Positions 39,972 through 49,941 of a stretch of 64,000 nt of DNA are shown piece by piece. Made by a program: the position numbers and the translations under genes. Below the pieces are notes generated by a model. The model searched no databases and had not been told where the DNA came from. It was given only the letters and a program-made list of their open reading frames with translations. Positions within the stretch are counted from its first letter, which is position 1. Every line of letters begins with the position of its first letter. The DNA comes from Desulfobacterales bacterium (GTDB lineage Bacteria > Desulfobacterota > Desulfobacteria > Desulfobacterales > UBA5616). The stretch lies in contig JAWODC010000064.1 of assembly GCA_046483495.1 (NCBI GenBank), positions 55,892 through 119,891 of the forward strand, written 5' to 3'.

Positions 39972-40841
39972 TTATACGTGATCAAGGATATCGTGAATTT
40001 TATTTTCCCAGCCGATGGTTGAAACAGCTGCCCCGCTGAATCCATTTTCTTTCAACAGCAAAATAGTATCAGCGGCAATTCGAATGCATTCACGCACCTT
40101 GTCCGGGGCCTTCTGGAGCTGCTGGATCAAGTGATCCGGAATATGGACATGCTTTACATTTCGAGCCATATACCGGGCCATACCGATGGACTTGAGAAGC
40201 AGTACCGTCGGTACAATCGGCGTTTTCGAATGATCCACACGATCCAGAAACGGTTTTATGGAGGATAAATCAAATACAGGGGGGGTTATAAAAAAAGAAA
40301 CTCCCTTTTTTATTTTTTCGTTCATCTCCCTTATTTCCGCTTCAAGGGCGTCGCCTGTAAGGCCGGTATTCACGACGGCACAGGTAGTAAATTTCGGACT
40401 TCCCAACAGTTCGATTCCCGCCATATCCCGTCCATTGGCAAGTTGTTCGATGACGTCAAGCAGATCCGGCAACTGAAGGTCGTAAACCGCTTTGGCTTCG
40501 TGATGGTCACCATAACTCGGATCCTCACCGGTAACCACCATGAGGGTATCTACACCGGCTGCGCCCGCCGCCAATAAATCCGCTTGAAGAGCCAACCTGT
40601 TTCGGTCACGGCAGTTCACCTGCATGATGGTAGGCATACCTGCCTTTTGAAGCAGCAGCGATCCGCCAAGGGAACTCATCCGCATGACGGCATTGCTCAT
40701 CTCAGGCACGATAAAGGCATCCACCCGGCCCTTGACCCGGTTGGCATTTCGAAGCATTGCCGACACATCCACGCCCTTGGGGGGCTCCATTTCAGCGAGG
40801 ATAACAAATTGACCGGAATCGATTTTCGACTTTAGCTGCAC
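39972..40841 (-). CDS. Divergent MetF-family protein
   Basis: GTG start after GGAGG; EMEPPKG, RMSS and CRDRNR.ALQADL are present, but it has VPEM, GEDP and ITPP where MetF has VTDN, GDH and QTQ. Confidence 0.85.
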   Translation of the reverse strand: MQLKSKIDSGQFVILAEMEPPKGVDVSAMLRNANRVKGRVDAFIVPEMSNAVMRMSSLGGSLLLQKAGMPTIMQVNCRDRNRLALQADLLAAGAAGVDTLMVVTGEDPSYGDHHEAKAVYDLQLPDLLDVIEQLANGRDMAGIELLGSPKFTTCAVVNTGLTGDALEAEIREMNEKIKKGVSFFITPPVFDLSSIKPFLDRVDHSKTPIVPTVLLLKSIGMARYMARNVKHVHIPDHLIQQLQKAPDKVRECIRIAADTILLLKENGFSGAAVSTIGWENKIHDILDHV

Positions 40842-41152
40842 AGAAAACCTCCAGAAGAATTTTCCATTTTCCACAACAATTGATGATTGTATGGTTTATG
40901 AATTCGATTCATCAATACCAAGAATAAATTATTATAGTCAAGTAAAACAATTTTAAAAAATGAGTTGCAATCATTTACCGTATATCATGAAAGAAATGGT
41001 CTTTACTTTGTACAGCAGAAAAGCCGGCGCGCCGTTTGGCGGTTTTAGACAAACGGTCGATACGCATATGGAGATCGGTATCAACCTTTTTGGAGTGGAA
41101 CAGAAAAAAGCGGGAGGTGCGGCATAACGGTCAGAAGCCCATGTAAAGCATT

Positions 41153-41782
41153 TTATTTTTTCAGGCCTTTCGTAAAAATATCGAAGGCTATTTCCAGCGT
41201 ATTTTTCAAATAATCCTTTTCCTGGTTCAATATATTTTTGCTGGCTTCCCACAATATAACACCGGAAAACAAGGACCAGAAAATATCGGCAAGTGCAATG
41301 GGATGACGGTTGACAAACACCCCTTTTTTTATGCCTTCCTCGATTACAGTTGCAATGCCGCCGATTGATTTTCTCGATAATTCATTAATCTCATCGAGGA
41401 ATTCCGGAGATAAATTTTTCAGGGTTTCACTGGATTGAAGATGGAACAGATTAATGATGGTCAAAGGATCGAAATTATAGACATCGAACATGGCCTCTCG
41501 AAGGGCCGTCATCTTTTGTTCGGGATCCAATCGTTTCTCGTCATTGACATGCTGAACCCGAATATTGAGGTACTGCAAAATCCGCAAGGAAAGGGAGGCG
41601 TACAGCTCCTCCTTGTTTTTGAAATAGAGATAGAGGGTTCCAGGGCTTAGTTCGGCTTCGCTGGCAATGTCTTCCATTGTAGCTTTGTTAAAACCCTTTT
41701 CGGAAAACACACGCTTGGCCGCTACGATAATCTGCTGTCTGCGTCTTTCCCGCTCCCGTTCTTTTCTTTCCTGAATTCCCAT
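41153..41782 (-). CDS. TetR/AcrR family regulator
   Basis: AAKRVFSEKGF..ATMEDIA...LSPGTLYLYFKNKEEL helix-turn-helix. Confidence 0.92.
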   Translation of the reverse strand: MGIQERKERERERRRQQIIVAAKRVFSEKGFNKATMEDIASEAELSPGTLYLYFKNKEELYASLSLRILQYLNIRVQHVNDEKRLDPEQKMTALREAMFDVYNFDPLTIINLFHLQSSETLKNLSPEFLDEINELSRKSIGGIATVIEEGIKKGVFVNRHPIALADIFWSLFSGVILWEASKNILNQEKDYLKNTLEIAFDIFTKGLKK

Positions 41783-42095
41783 TTTTGATGTCCTGAATTT
41801 AATTTATTTACAATATGACTTTTTAATTTAATTTTAAAATTTAATCAAGAAAGATGTTCCTTAAAATTGAAAAAAAATCATCTATTTATTTTAATAATAA
41901 AAAATAATTATCATTTTGCAAAAATCATCTGCTCTCAGCGTTCTTCCCCCAAAACGTTCTAAAAAAATAAAGCTAAGCAATTATTTGATTTTCTGCCAAT
42001 CCCGAAGAAAACCCGAAGAAAATGAGTTAAGCCGACAAAAAAGGGGATTACATAATCCATTTTAGTTCCGGAATCAACAGAAATTTGAAGACGAA

Positions 42096-43163
42096 TCAGA
42101 TAGGACGGGTTCTTTCAATTTCCTCAGCGGCACCGGCCATGAGATGTTGGATGGTTGTTTTAAATGCCCCGAATCGATTGTCCCGGGTTAAGCCGTGAAA
42201 AAATCGATAATAGATTTGCTGCAGGATAACGCCCAAACGAAAAAAATTGAAGCCCATGTAAAATGACAGATTTTCAATCGGCCGCCCCGCCAGTCTTTCG
42301 TAATATGCCGCTAATTCTTCCCGGCAAACCGCCCGGCTCAAGAGGGGAGGCAGGGACCCCACCGCCGCTGTTTCCGGAGTATTGCGCCGGGGCCACCAGA
42401 TCAGTGTATACGCCAAGTCGGCGGCCGGATCTCCAATGGTGGCCATTTCCCAATCCAGTATGCCGGAAATGGTGACCGGGTCTGCGGGGTCCACCAGGAC
42501 GTTGTCAAATTTATAATCGCCGTGTACGATTCCGGGATGCTCCGTATCAGGCGGAACGTGATGCGCGAGCCATTCCATTACGTCCTGACAATCAGGGGCA
42601 TCCGGTGTCTTGGATCCTTCCCAGCGCTTGGACCAGCCCGTAACCTGCCGCCCCATATATCCCCGGGGTTTTCCAAAATCGCCCAAGCCGATGCGGCGAT
42701 AGTCGATCGAATGCAGCTCATACTGGGTCTCGATCAGATTATAACAGAGCCGTTCGGCCTGATCGGCGTCAATGTGAATCCCTTGGGGAATGTCACCCCG
42801 TATGACAATGCCGTTTAGCCGCTCCATGATCAAAAACGGACAACCGATAATGGAGACATCTTCCGTGTAGACAAGCGGTTTTGGTGCACATGGAAACACG
42901 GGAGCCAATGCATTCAAAACTTTATATTCCCTGCCCATGTCATGCGCGGATTTGACCTTGGTTCCGAACGGCGGCCTTCGCATCACCATCTCATAATTGC
43001 CGAACTTCAACAAATACGTCAAATTGGAATGGCCACCGGGAAATTGTTTAACTTCCATACTCCCCGCTGCTTCGGGGATTCTGCTTTTAACATAAGCCTC
43101 CAGATCGTTTACCGGGATTTCTTCGCCGGTTCGAACGTTGCCGGCCTCTTCATTAACCGCCAT
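42096..43163 (-). CDS. APH-family phosphotransferase (ACAD10/11 kinase-like)
   Basis: QFPGGHSNLTY, RRPP, AHDMGRE, VHGDYKFDN and LDWEMATIGDP motifs. Confidence 0.88.
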   Translation of the reverse strand: MAVNEEAGNVRTGEEIPVNDLEAYVKSRIPEAAGSMEVKQFPGGHSNLTYLLKFGNYEMVMRRPPFGTKVKSAHDMGREYKVLNALAPVFPCAPKPLVYTEDVSIIGCPFLIMERLNGIVIRGDIPQGIHIDADQAERLCYNLIETQYELHSIDYRRIGLGDFGKPRGYMGRQVTGWSKRWEGSKTPDAPDCQDVMEWLAHHVPPDTEHPGIVHGDYKFDNVLVDPADPVTISGILDWEMATIGDPAADLAYTLIWWPRRNTPETAAVGSLPPLLSRAVCREELAAYYERLAGRPIENLSFYMGFNFFRLGVILQQIYYRFFHGLTRDNRFGAFKTTIQHLMAGAAEEIERTRPI

Positions 43164-43209
43164 TTTTATCTCCTCTAGCCAAACTGAAGCTGCAATGTTG
43201 AAACAGCCG

Positions 43210-45195
43210 TTAACACAAAAAAAGGGAAAACAGGTTCTTTTTCGCATCGACATGCTGGATTTTCACATCGATGACATCCCCCGGTTTGAGCTTGACGCCG
43301 CCCGGCACGCTTATCTCGGCTTCAATCATGAACTCGGGAAGCAGAACCTGCCGGCTGTTTTTCCTCTTCATCAGCACAAAGGCTTGATGCTTCTCACCGA
43401 TTTTGCCTTCAAGATGCTTCAAGGTCCAATATCGGTTTCGGGACTGTTGAATGCGGAAAACCTGCTGCAGCCGCACCTCCAGTATTTGTATCATACGGTT
43501 GATTTCGTCGCTCCCATAGGGCGTCTCAAGACCGAACACCGCCCGTAACTGGCGCTGTGTTACCAGATCGTAATATTTCCGAATCGGTGATGTCGCCGTC
43601 ACATAAGCGTCCAGTCCAAGCCCGGAATGGCTCTCCGGCATATCCGACAGCTTAAACCGGCTGAGCAGACGGCGCTGCATGTAATTTTGAAAGAGGGAAC
43701 CCTCCTCATTTTTGTAAAGACGCTCTTTGGGCTGCTGCTGTGTCCTGTAAACAGCGGGCATGGCTTTTTCCGAGAGATATTTCGCCTGCAGCCAATTGGC
43801 CATGATCATCATTTCGGCAATCAGCATTCTTCCCGGACTTTCCCGGTCGATTCGTTGAAAATGGAGTTCACCACGGTCATCCAGCCACAACTGTGTTTCG
43901 GGAAGAGAAATATGCACGGCGCCCTGCATCAACCGCTGTTGCCGGAATTTTGAGGCGATTTCGACGAGGCAGGCGATTTTTTCGTTTTCGGAGGCCATGG
44001 CGTCCACATCTGCATAGGTCATTTGCCGTTTTACCTGAATGATGCTGGGGACCACGTTATATTCGATGATTTTAGCCGCCGCGGTCAGTTTCACCAATAC
44101 ACTGATGGCCGGCCTGGGCGAATCGATCAGCAGGCTGCACACTTCTTCCGACAAGACCGCAGGAATCATGGGGATTTTACGATCCGGCATGTAAATGGAA
44201 CTTCCCCGGTTCATTGCTTCTTCGTCAACGGGGTCGCCTTTTTTCACGTAATGAGCCACATCGGAAATGTGAATGCCGACCCAAAAAAAGTCACCGTCCC
44301 GCTCAAGGCTTACGGCATCATCGAAATCCCGGGTTTCGGGGCCGTCTATTGTCACGATTTCATGATCGGTAAGGTCCTTGCGGCTTTCCTTTAAACGATC
44401 CGGGTCTGCATACCGGGAAATGTGTCGGGCGGCGTTTACAACGGGTTTTGGAAAGTCTACGGGTATTTCCATCCTCAGCAGTTCAATATTCTCATTTTCA
44501 TCGAAAATGTTGAACATGACAAGAATAGGGAACAGATCCTCGTAGGCGGAAATGCCCGCTCTTTTCAGCATTTCTTTACCTATGGCATAATGCGGGCTGT
44601 CTTTTTCGTAAAGATAAAGAGACTTGATAATTTCGAGTAAGTCGTCACAAAAATCTTCATCAGCCGGTTTTTGCCGCCCGGAAACCCTTTTCAGCCATTG
44701 TCCGCCCTCGTCGATGATGCGCCTCTTCCTGTCTTCCCCCTTCTTTTGCGCTGATAACTGCTCGACCTGCTCTTCCGTATAGGGAAAAAATCGATTCTGA
44801 TCGAATTTAAAATACAGCCTGTTTTGAAAAAAAGCACGGATCACGGCCGCTTCATAATCATTATCATCGTCATCCGGAAACCACAGGTCGGCGACAAGCT
44901 CGGCGCTCAGCCATTCCTTTTCTTCATGAAGCAATTCCCAGAGCTCTTTTACGTTTACCTGATCAGCCAAACCGGCACGGCGACGGGCGGTATCCTTCAG
45001 AAGGTCCACAAGACCGTCTCTGGGCATGGCGGTATCCACCCGTTTTTCACCGGCAGTCAGAATGCGGCCGGGTGAAAGACTCACTTCCCGGTTGGATTCG
45101 TTCAGAAGATGAAGTTTCTGTTTCTTATTTTCCAAAACGACTGCACTCAGGATTTTTTGACGATCGATATAATCGACGATTTGCCCCGGTTCCAT
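43210..45195 (-). CDS. rnb: RNB-domain exoribonuclease (RNase II/R family)
   Basis: TIDGPETRDFDDA, HISDV, EMMIMAN and HSGLG..AY..ATSPIRKY motifs. Confidence 0.88.
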   Translation of the reverse strand: MEPGQIVDYIDRQKILSAVVLENKKQKLHLLNESNREVSLSPGRILTAGEKRVDTAMPRDGLVDLLKDTARRRAGLADQVNVKELWELLHEEKEWLSAELVADLWFPDDDDNDYEAAVIRAFFQNRLYFKFDQNRFFPYTEEQVEQLSAQKKGEDRKRRIIDEGGQWLKRVSGRQKPADEDFCDDLLEIIKSLYLYEKDSPHYAIGKEMLKRAGISAYEDLFPILVMFNIFDENENIELLRMEIPVDFPKPVVNAARHISRYADPDRLKESRKDLTDHEIVTIDGPETRDFDDAVSLERDGDFFWVGIHISDVAHYVKKGDPVDEEAMNRGSSIYMPDRKIPMIPAVLSEEVCSLLIDSPRPAISVLVKLTAAAKIIEYNVVPSIIQVKRQMTYADVDAMASENEKIACLVEIASKFRQQRLMQGAVHISLPETQLWLDDRGELHFQRIDRESPGRMLIAEMMIMANWLQAKYLSEKAMPAVYRTQQQPKERLYKNEEGSLFQNYMQRRLLSRFKLSDMPESHSGLGLDAYVTATSPIRKYYDLVTQRQLRAVFGLETPYGSDEINRMIQILEVRLQQVFRIQQSRNRYWTLKHLEGKIGEKHQAFVLMKRKNSRQVLLPEFMIEAEISVPGGVKLKPGDVIDVKIQHVDAKKNLFSLFLC

Positions 45196-45476
45196 GGTAC
45201 GACTTATAACAACCCCCAAATGTAAAGTCAATGTGATCAAACCGGCCGGATGTCGACTGAAATTGTTAGTGGCAGTGAATGTTCAATGCGTTTTTAAGTA
45301 GAACTAACTAATTGATTTTACAATATTTTATGATTGACATAAACATTTGGAACCGATAGGATGTGTTTAAAAAAGAGATTGATGGTGGTTTTAATACTAC
45401 ACATACGAAAAGTCCTCTCAAAACGATCACGGCGGCATATTGTTTTTGAGATGACCTTAAAATACAAGGATATAAA

Positions 45477-45836
45477 ATGGCTGCACAAACCACACACACC
45501 AACACAGAATTTTCTTTAACAGCTATTGACACGATCATCCATAGGATCGAAAAGAAAATCCGGGAAGGTGAACTGCTGTTAAAAAACGGCTCCATCAATC
45601 GGGAATCGCTTGAATGCTGGGAACATTCTGCGTGCCTGCTGCTAAAAAAGTCCGCACATATGGATCCCGTAGTCGTAAACCGATTCTTGTACTGCGGCAC
45701 CTTCAGCGACACTACCGGATATACCGGCAAATCCTTCCCAAAAACCCGGTGCGCAATGAGCCTCTATGATAAAATCAGGATTCTGGATTATCATATCGGC
45801 ATGCTGAAAAGAGAAAAAAAATTCGCCTCCCGATAG
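45477..45836 (+). CDS. Hypothetical protein (119 aa)
   Basis: AAGGA RBS; fills the gap between rnb and dsrT; no recognised motif. Confidence 0.5.
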   Translation: MAAQTTHTNTEFSLTAIDTIIHRIEKKIREGELLLKNGSINRESLECWEHSACLLLKKSAHMDPVVVNRFLYCGTFSDTTGYTGKSFPKTRCAMSLYDKIRILDYHIGMLKREKKFASR

Positions 45837-46031
45837 TACGTGCCCACCTGAAAACGGATGGACACCGGTACGTTTTTCCCCTTGACCTATACGTCATGCC
45901 TACAGGATTGTAACGATCACCCTTACTGACCATGCGGTTCTTCGCTGCGGGATCGGCTGAAAGCTCGACCCTGCGGTTACGTGCGCCCTGCCCACGAACA
46001 TCCCGCCGCGGCACGGCCGGAAGTCACTGAT

Positions 46032-46175
46032 GATGCCCATTCAGAAATGAAAAAACTCGCTTCAGGTAAAGGCGGCCGGGTAATTTTAACCGCAGGAATA
46101 CGCCGAGTTTTTGAGGAATAAAAATGTTCGGTCAACGCAGAAATCGAGTGAATCAGCCATTTCCGGATGGGCACT
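46032..46175 (+). repeat. Repeat copy D
   Basis: TGCCCATTCAGAAATG / CATTTCCGGATGGGCA inverted ends; core TTTTAACCGCAGGAATAC...TTTGAGGAATAAAA. Confidence 0.88.
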
Positions 46176-46183
46176 GATTATGC

Positions 46184-46212
46184 TTGACATGCACTATGTT
46201 CTTGATTATAGG
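46184..46212 (+). promoter_or_regulatory. Putative sigma70 promoter of dsrT-dsrMKJOP
   Basis: TTGACA-N17-TATAGG. Confidence 0.6.
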
Positions 46213-46276
46213 TTCGTTTTTGAGTTTGTCCCTGAAAAAAATCACATTAATGATTTAAGATGCATAACGATTCATC

Positions 46277-46810
46277 ATGAGAATTAGCGATATTTTAGCA
46301 AGGAAAAAATCTCGTATTCTGGAGGAGTGGTTTAAGACCGTTATCGAAACCTACGCTCAGGATACGGCCCATTTTTTAAAAAACCAGAAAGACCCGTTTG
46401 CAAATCCGGTCGGCAGCAATATTGTATCCGGCTTGACATCTCTGTTGGAATTTTTGATCAACCCGGCGGACAACCCCGATGTGGATGCATTTATAGACAA
46501 GATCATCCGCATCCGTGCGGTTCAAACCATGTTTTCCCCTTCCCAGGCTACAAAATTCATTTTCGACGTGAAAAAAATCATCAGAAATACCCTCGAGAAG
46601 GAACTTCATACAACGGACGAATATAAGCAATTGGCGGCCCTTGAGGACCATATCGATTTTCTTGCTCTGAAAGCATTCGATATATTTGTCGGATGCCGCG
46701 AAAAAATTTATGAGCTCAAGGCAAACCAGGAAAAAAGAAGGATGTACACGGCACTTGAACGTGCAGGGTTGATAACCGGGGTTCAAGGTGGTGAATCCCA
46801 AGAAATCTAA
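46277..46810 (+). CDS. dsrT: DsrT (RsbRD N-terminal domain protein)
   Basis: W...ETY, KDPFANPVG, IRIRAVQ..FSPSQA..FIF..K and AFD....CREK motifs; immediately upstream of dsrM. Confidence 0.85.
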   Translation: MRISDILARKKSRILEEWFKTVIETYAQDTAHFLKNQKDPFANPVGSNIVSGLTSLLEFLINPADNPDVDAFIDKIIRIRAVQTMFSPSQATKFIFDVKKIIRNTLEKELHTTDEYKQLAALEDHIDFLALKAFDIFVGCREKIYELKANQEKRRMYTALERAGLITGVQGGESQEI

Positions 46811-46900
46811 CGCATTTTTCAGAAATCGGCTGAATACCGAAGCGAATGATCTCCATTTTTTCGCCTATCGGTTTAGCGCCAAAAAGTGAGGTGTTGGTAA

Positions 46901-47923
46901 ATGAATGTAAATTATTTCTTTTCCCTCATAGCGGTGGTTGTGCTGTTTCTTCTGGCCTATGTGGGCGTAGAGGTGTTCGGCCTTCATATGGTTTTCGGGG
47001 TGGTGATTCCTTATACCGCATTTTTGCTGTTTGTCGGCGGCTTTATCTATCGAGTAATGGATTGGGCGAAATCGCCCGTACCGTACAGAATTCCGACCAC
47101 CTCCGGACAGCAGGCCACCCTCCCCTGGATCAAGCAGAACAAAATCGACAATCCTTCCACCACACGAGGCGTTATCGCCCGAATGGCATTGGAAGTCTTG
47201 CTGTTTCGGTCTCTTTTCAGAAACACCCGCATGCAGCTCAGGGATGGAAAACTCAGTTATAAATGGGAAATTTGGCTCTGGGTGTTTGCTCTCGCGTTTC
47301 ATTATGCGTTTCTTGTGGTTTTGATTCGCCATTTGCGGTTTTTCCTCGAACCGATTCCGTTTTTCGTTCAGGCGGTGGAAACGGTGGATGGATTTTTCCG
47401 GGTTGAATTTTTCAGCACGATTTTTCAAGTAGGCCTGCCGGCGATATATTTATCCGGCCTCGTTTTATTGGCCGCCGTCACCTTTCTCCTGTTGAGAAGA
47501 ATCGTCAACCCGCAAATGAGATATATTTCACTGGCCTCCGACTATTTCCCCCTTTTCCTCATCATCGGAATTGCGATCACCGGCGTCATGCTGCGGTACT
47601 TTACGAAAACGGATATCGTCGGTGTTAAAGAACTGACGATGGGACTGGCCACCTTTCACCCGACGATACCGGAAGGCGTGGGAGGCCTTTTTTATGGTCA
47701 CCTGTTCTTTGTCAGTATTCTGCTGGCCTATTTTCCCTTCAGCAAGCTGATGCATTTGGGCGGTGTTTTCTTGAGTCCTACGCGGAACCTGGCCAACAAC
47801 AATCGTGCGGCAAGACACGTCAATCCTTGGAATTACCCCGTGCCGGTCCACACATACGAAGAATACGAAGATGAATTCAGGGAAAAAATGATTGAAGCCG
47901 GTCTGCCGGTGGAAAAGGAGTAA
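46901..47923 (+). CDS. dsrM: DsrM (NarI-like membrane cytochrome b)
   Basis: WAKSPVPYRIPTTSGQQ, FH...LIRHLR, YFPFSKLMH and YEDEFREKM..AGLP motifs. Confidence 0.95.
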   Translation: MNVNYFFSLIAVVVLFLLAYVGVEVFGLHMVFGVVIPYTAFLLFVGGFIYRVMDWAKSPVPYRIPTTSGQQATLPWIKQNKIDNPSTTRGVIARMALEVLLFRSLFRNTRMQLRDGKLSYKWEIWLWVFALAFHYAFLVVLIRHLRFFLEPIPFFVQAVETVDGFFRVEFFSTIFQVGLPAIYLSGLVLLAAVTFLLLRRIVNPQMRYISLASDYFPLFLIIGIAITGVMLRYFTKTDIVGVKELTMGLATFHPTIPEGVGGLFYGHLFFVSILLAYFPFSKLMHLGGVFLSPTRNLANNNRAARHVNPWNYPVPVHTYEEYEDEFREKMIEAGLPVEKE

Positions 47924-47927
47924 CTCA

Positions 47928-49559
47928 ATGAAAGATCTTCCGAAATCAGAAGAATTTTTATCGAATATCAAACACACGCCCCCGAAAAAGGGATGGATGG
48001 ACACGCCGGTTGAGATTCGAAAGGGCATGTATTGCTACGCGTCGAACCCCAAAAGCGTGGAATATGTGGGACTTCCCTATGCCAGGGAGTGGAACCCTTT
48101 AGATGAAGATTGGAAGCTGCCCGACAACTGGCAGCAGATTATCCATGAAGGGTTCAAGGAGCGTCTCGAACGATTCAGGACTTTCAAGGTTTTCATGGAC
48201 ATTTGTGTGCGTTGCGGCGCCTGTGCGGATAAATGCCATTTTTATATCGGGACCGGCGATCCGAAAAACATGCCGGTGCTGAGAGCAGAGCTTCTGCGTT
48301 CCGTCTACCGCAACGATTTTACCACCGCCGGAAAAATTCTGGGGCGCCTTTCCGGAGGCCGAAAGATGACGCTCGAAGTCCTCAAGGAGTGGTGGTATTA
48401 CATGTTTCAATGCACGGAATGCCGGCGCTGTTCGGTTTTCTGCCCCTACGGGATCGACACCGCGGAAATTACCATCATGGGCCGGGAATTGCTGAATTTA
48501 CTCGGATTGAATATCGACTGGATCGCCACACCGGTCGCCAATTGCTACCGGACCGGGAACCACTTGGGAATTCAACCCCATGCCTACAAAGACATGCTGG
48601 ACTTTTTTGTCGAGGACATCGAAGAGGTGACCGGCGTCCCAATGGAGCCAAGCTTCAATAAAAAGGGGGCCGACATTCTCTTTATCACCCCCTCAGGTGA
48701 TGTGTTTGCCGATCCGGGAACATACACCTGCATGGGATACCTGATTCTTTTTCACTACCTGAGAGAAAAATACGGCTTCGATATTACCTGGAGTACGTAT
48801 GCCTCGGAGGGAGGCAATTTCGGCTTCTTCACCTCCCATGAGACGGCGAAGCGGTTGAACGCAAAAATGTATATGGAGGCGAAACGGCTCGGGGTCAAAT
48901 GGATTCTTGGCGGTGAGTGCGGCCACATGTGGCGGGTGATTCATCAATATATGGATACCATGAACGGACCGGCGGATTTCCTGGAAGAGCCGGTCAACCC
49001 GATTACCGGAACCAAGTTTGAAAACGCGAAATCCACCAAGATGGTACATATCGCCGAATTTACCGCCGATTTGATCAAACACGGCAAGCTGGAGATGGAC
49101 ACCTCCCGCAACGATCATATCGTGGTGACGTACCACGATTCCTGCAACCCGGCGCGGGGCATGGGCCTGCTGGAAGAGCCCCGGTATGTGCTCAAGCATG
49201 TGTGCCGTAATTTTTACGAAATGCCCCCCAACACCATTCGCGAACAGACGTTCTGCTGCGGCGGCGGCTCAGGGCTGAATGCCGGTGAGGATATGGAACT
49301 GAGAACGGCCGGCGGTCTGCCGAGAGCCAATGCCGTCAGGCATGTCCATGAAAAGCACGGCGTCAATATGCTGGCCTGCGTTTGCGCCGTGGATCGTGCC
49401 GTATTTCCGGATCTGATGAGTTATTGGGTCCCGGAAGTGGATGTCACAGGACTTCATGAATTGGTGGGCAACGCCCTGATTCTGTCGGGCGAAAAGAAAC
49501 GAACCACGGACCTGCGCAGTGAACCGCTGCCGGGAATGGAGGATGAAGCGGATGAATGA
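47928..49559 (+). CDS. dsrK: DsrK (HdrD-like Fe-S protein)
   Basis: CVRCGACADKC, CTECRRCSVFCPYG, GECGHMWR, HDSC and CCGGG motifs. Confidence 0.95.
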   Translation: MKDLPKSEEFLSNIKHTPPKKGWMDTPVEIRKGMYCYASNPKSVEYVGLPYAREWNPLDEDWKLPDNWQQIIHEGFKERLERFRTFKVFMDICVRCGACADKCHFYIGTGDPKNMPVLRAELLRSVYRNDFTTAGKILGRLSGGRKMTLEVLKEWWYYMFQCTECRRCSVFCPYGIDTAEITIMGRELLNLLGLNIDWIATPVANCYRTGNHLGIQPHAYKDMLDFFVEDIEEVTGVPMEPSFNKKGADILFITPSGDVFADPGTYTCMGYLILFHYLREKYGFDITWSTYASEGGNFGFFTSHETAKRLNAKMYMEAKRLGVKWILGGECGHMWRVIHQYMDTMNGPADFLEEPVNPITGTKFENAKSTKMVHIAEFTADLIKHGKLEMDTSRNDHIVVTYHDSCNPARGMGLLEEPRYVLKHVCRNFYEMPPNTIREQTFCCGGGSGLNAGEDMELRTAGGLPRANAVRHVHEKHGVNMLACVCAVDRAVFPDLMSYWVPEVDVTGLHELVGNALILSGEKKRTTDLRSEPLPGMEDEADE

Positions 49560-49941
49560 TCGGAATAAAATCATTGCGGGATTAATTATCTTTGTCGCTA
49601 TAATTACGTTTCCCCTCTGGTTCAACATGGGCAAAGCCGCGCCTGTTCCGGAACCGGAGTTGACGGCCAAGGCCAAGGCCGCAGAAAGATGCGTGGAGGA
49701 AACCGACTTCATGACCGCCGAACATATGACGCTTCTGGACCTGTGGCGGGAATCGGTCGTTCGTGAAGGCAGACGGCTCTACACCAACAGCAGCGGCAAG
49801 TCATTCGACATGAGCCTTTCCAACACCTGTCTGGATTGCCACTCGAACAAGGCGGAATTTTGCGACAGGTGCCACACATACGCTTCGGCGGATCCTTACT
49901 GCTGGGATTGCCATATCGATAATCCGAAGGAGAATGAGTAA
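49552..49941 (+). CDS. dsrJ: DsrJ triheme cytochrome c
   Basis: N-terminal TM helix; HM..L..WR..VVR; CLDCH, CDRCH and CWDCH. Confidence 0.93.
   Translation: MNDRNKIIAGLIIFVAIITFPLWFNMGKAAPVPEPELTAKAKAAERCVEETDFMTAEHMTLLDLWRESVVREGRRLYTNSSGKSFDMSLSNTCLDCHSNKAEFCDRCHTYASADPYCWDCHIDNPKENE

Noticed and set aside
42001..42022. Tandem CCCGAAGAAAA x2
   Set aside because: Only two units in an intergenic region, with no supportable function.
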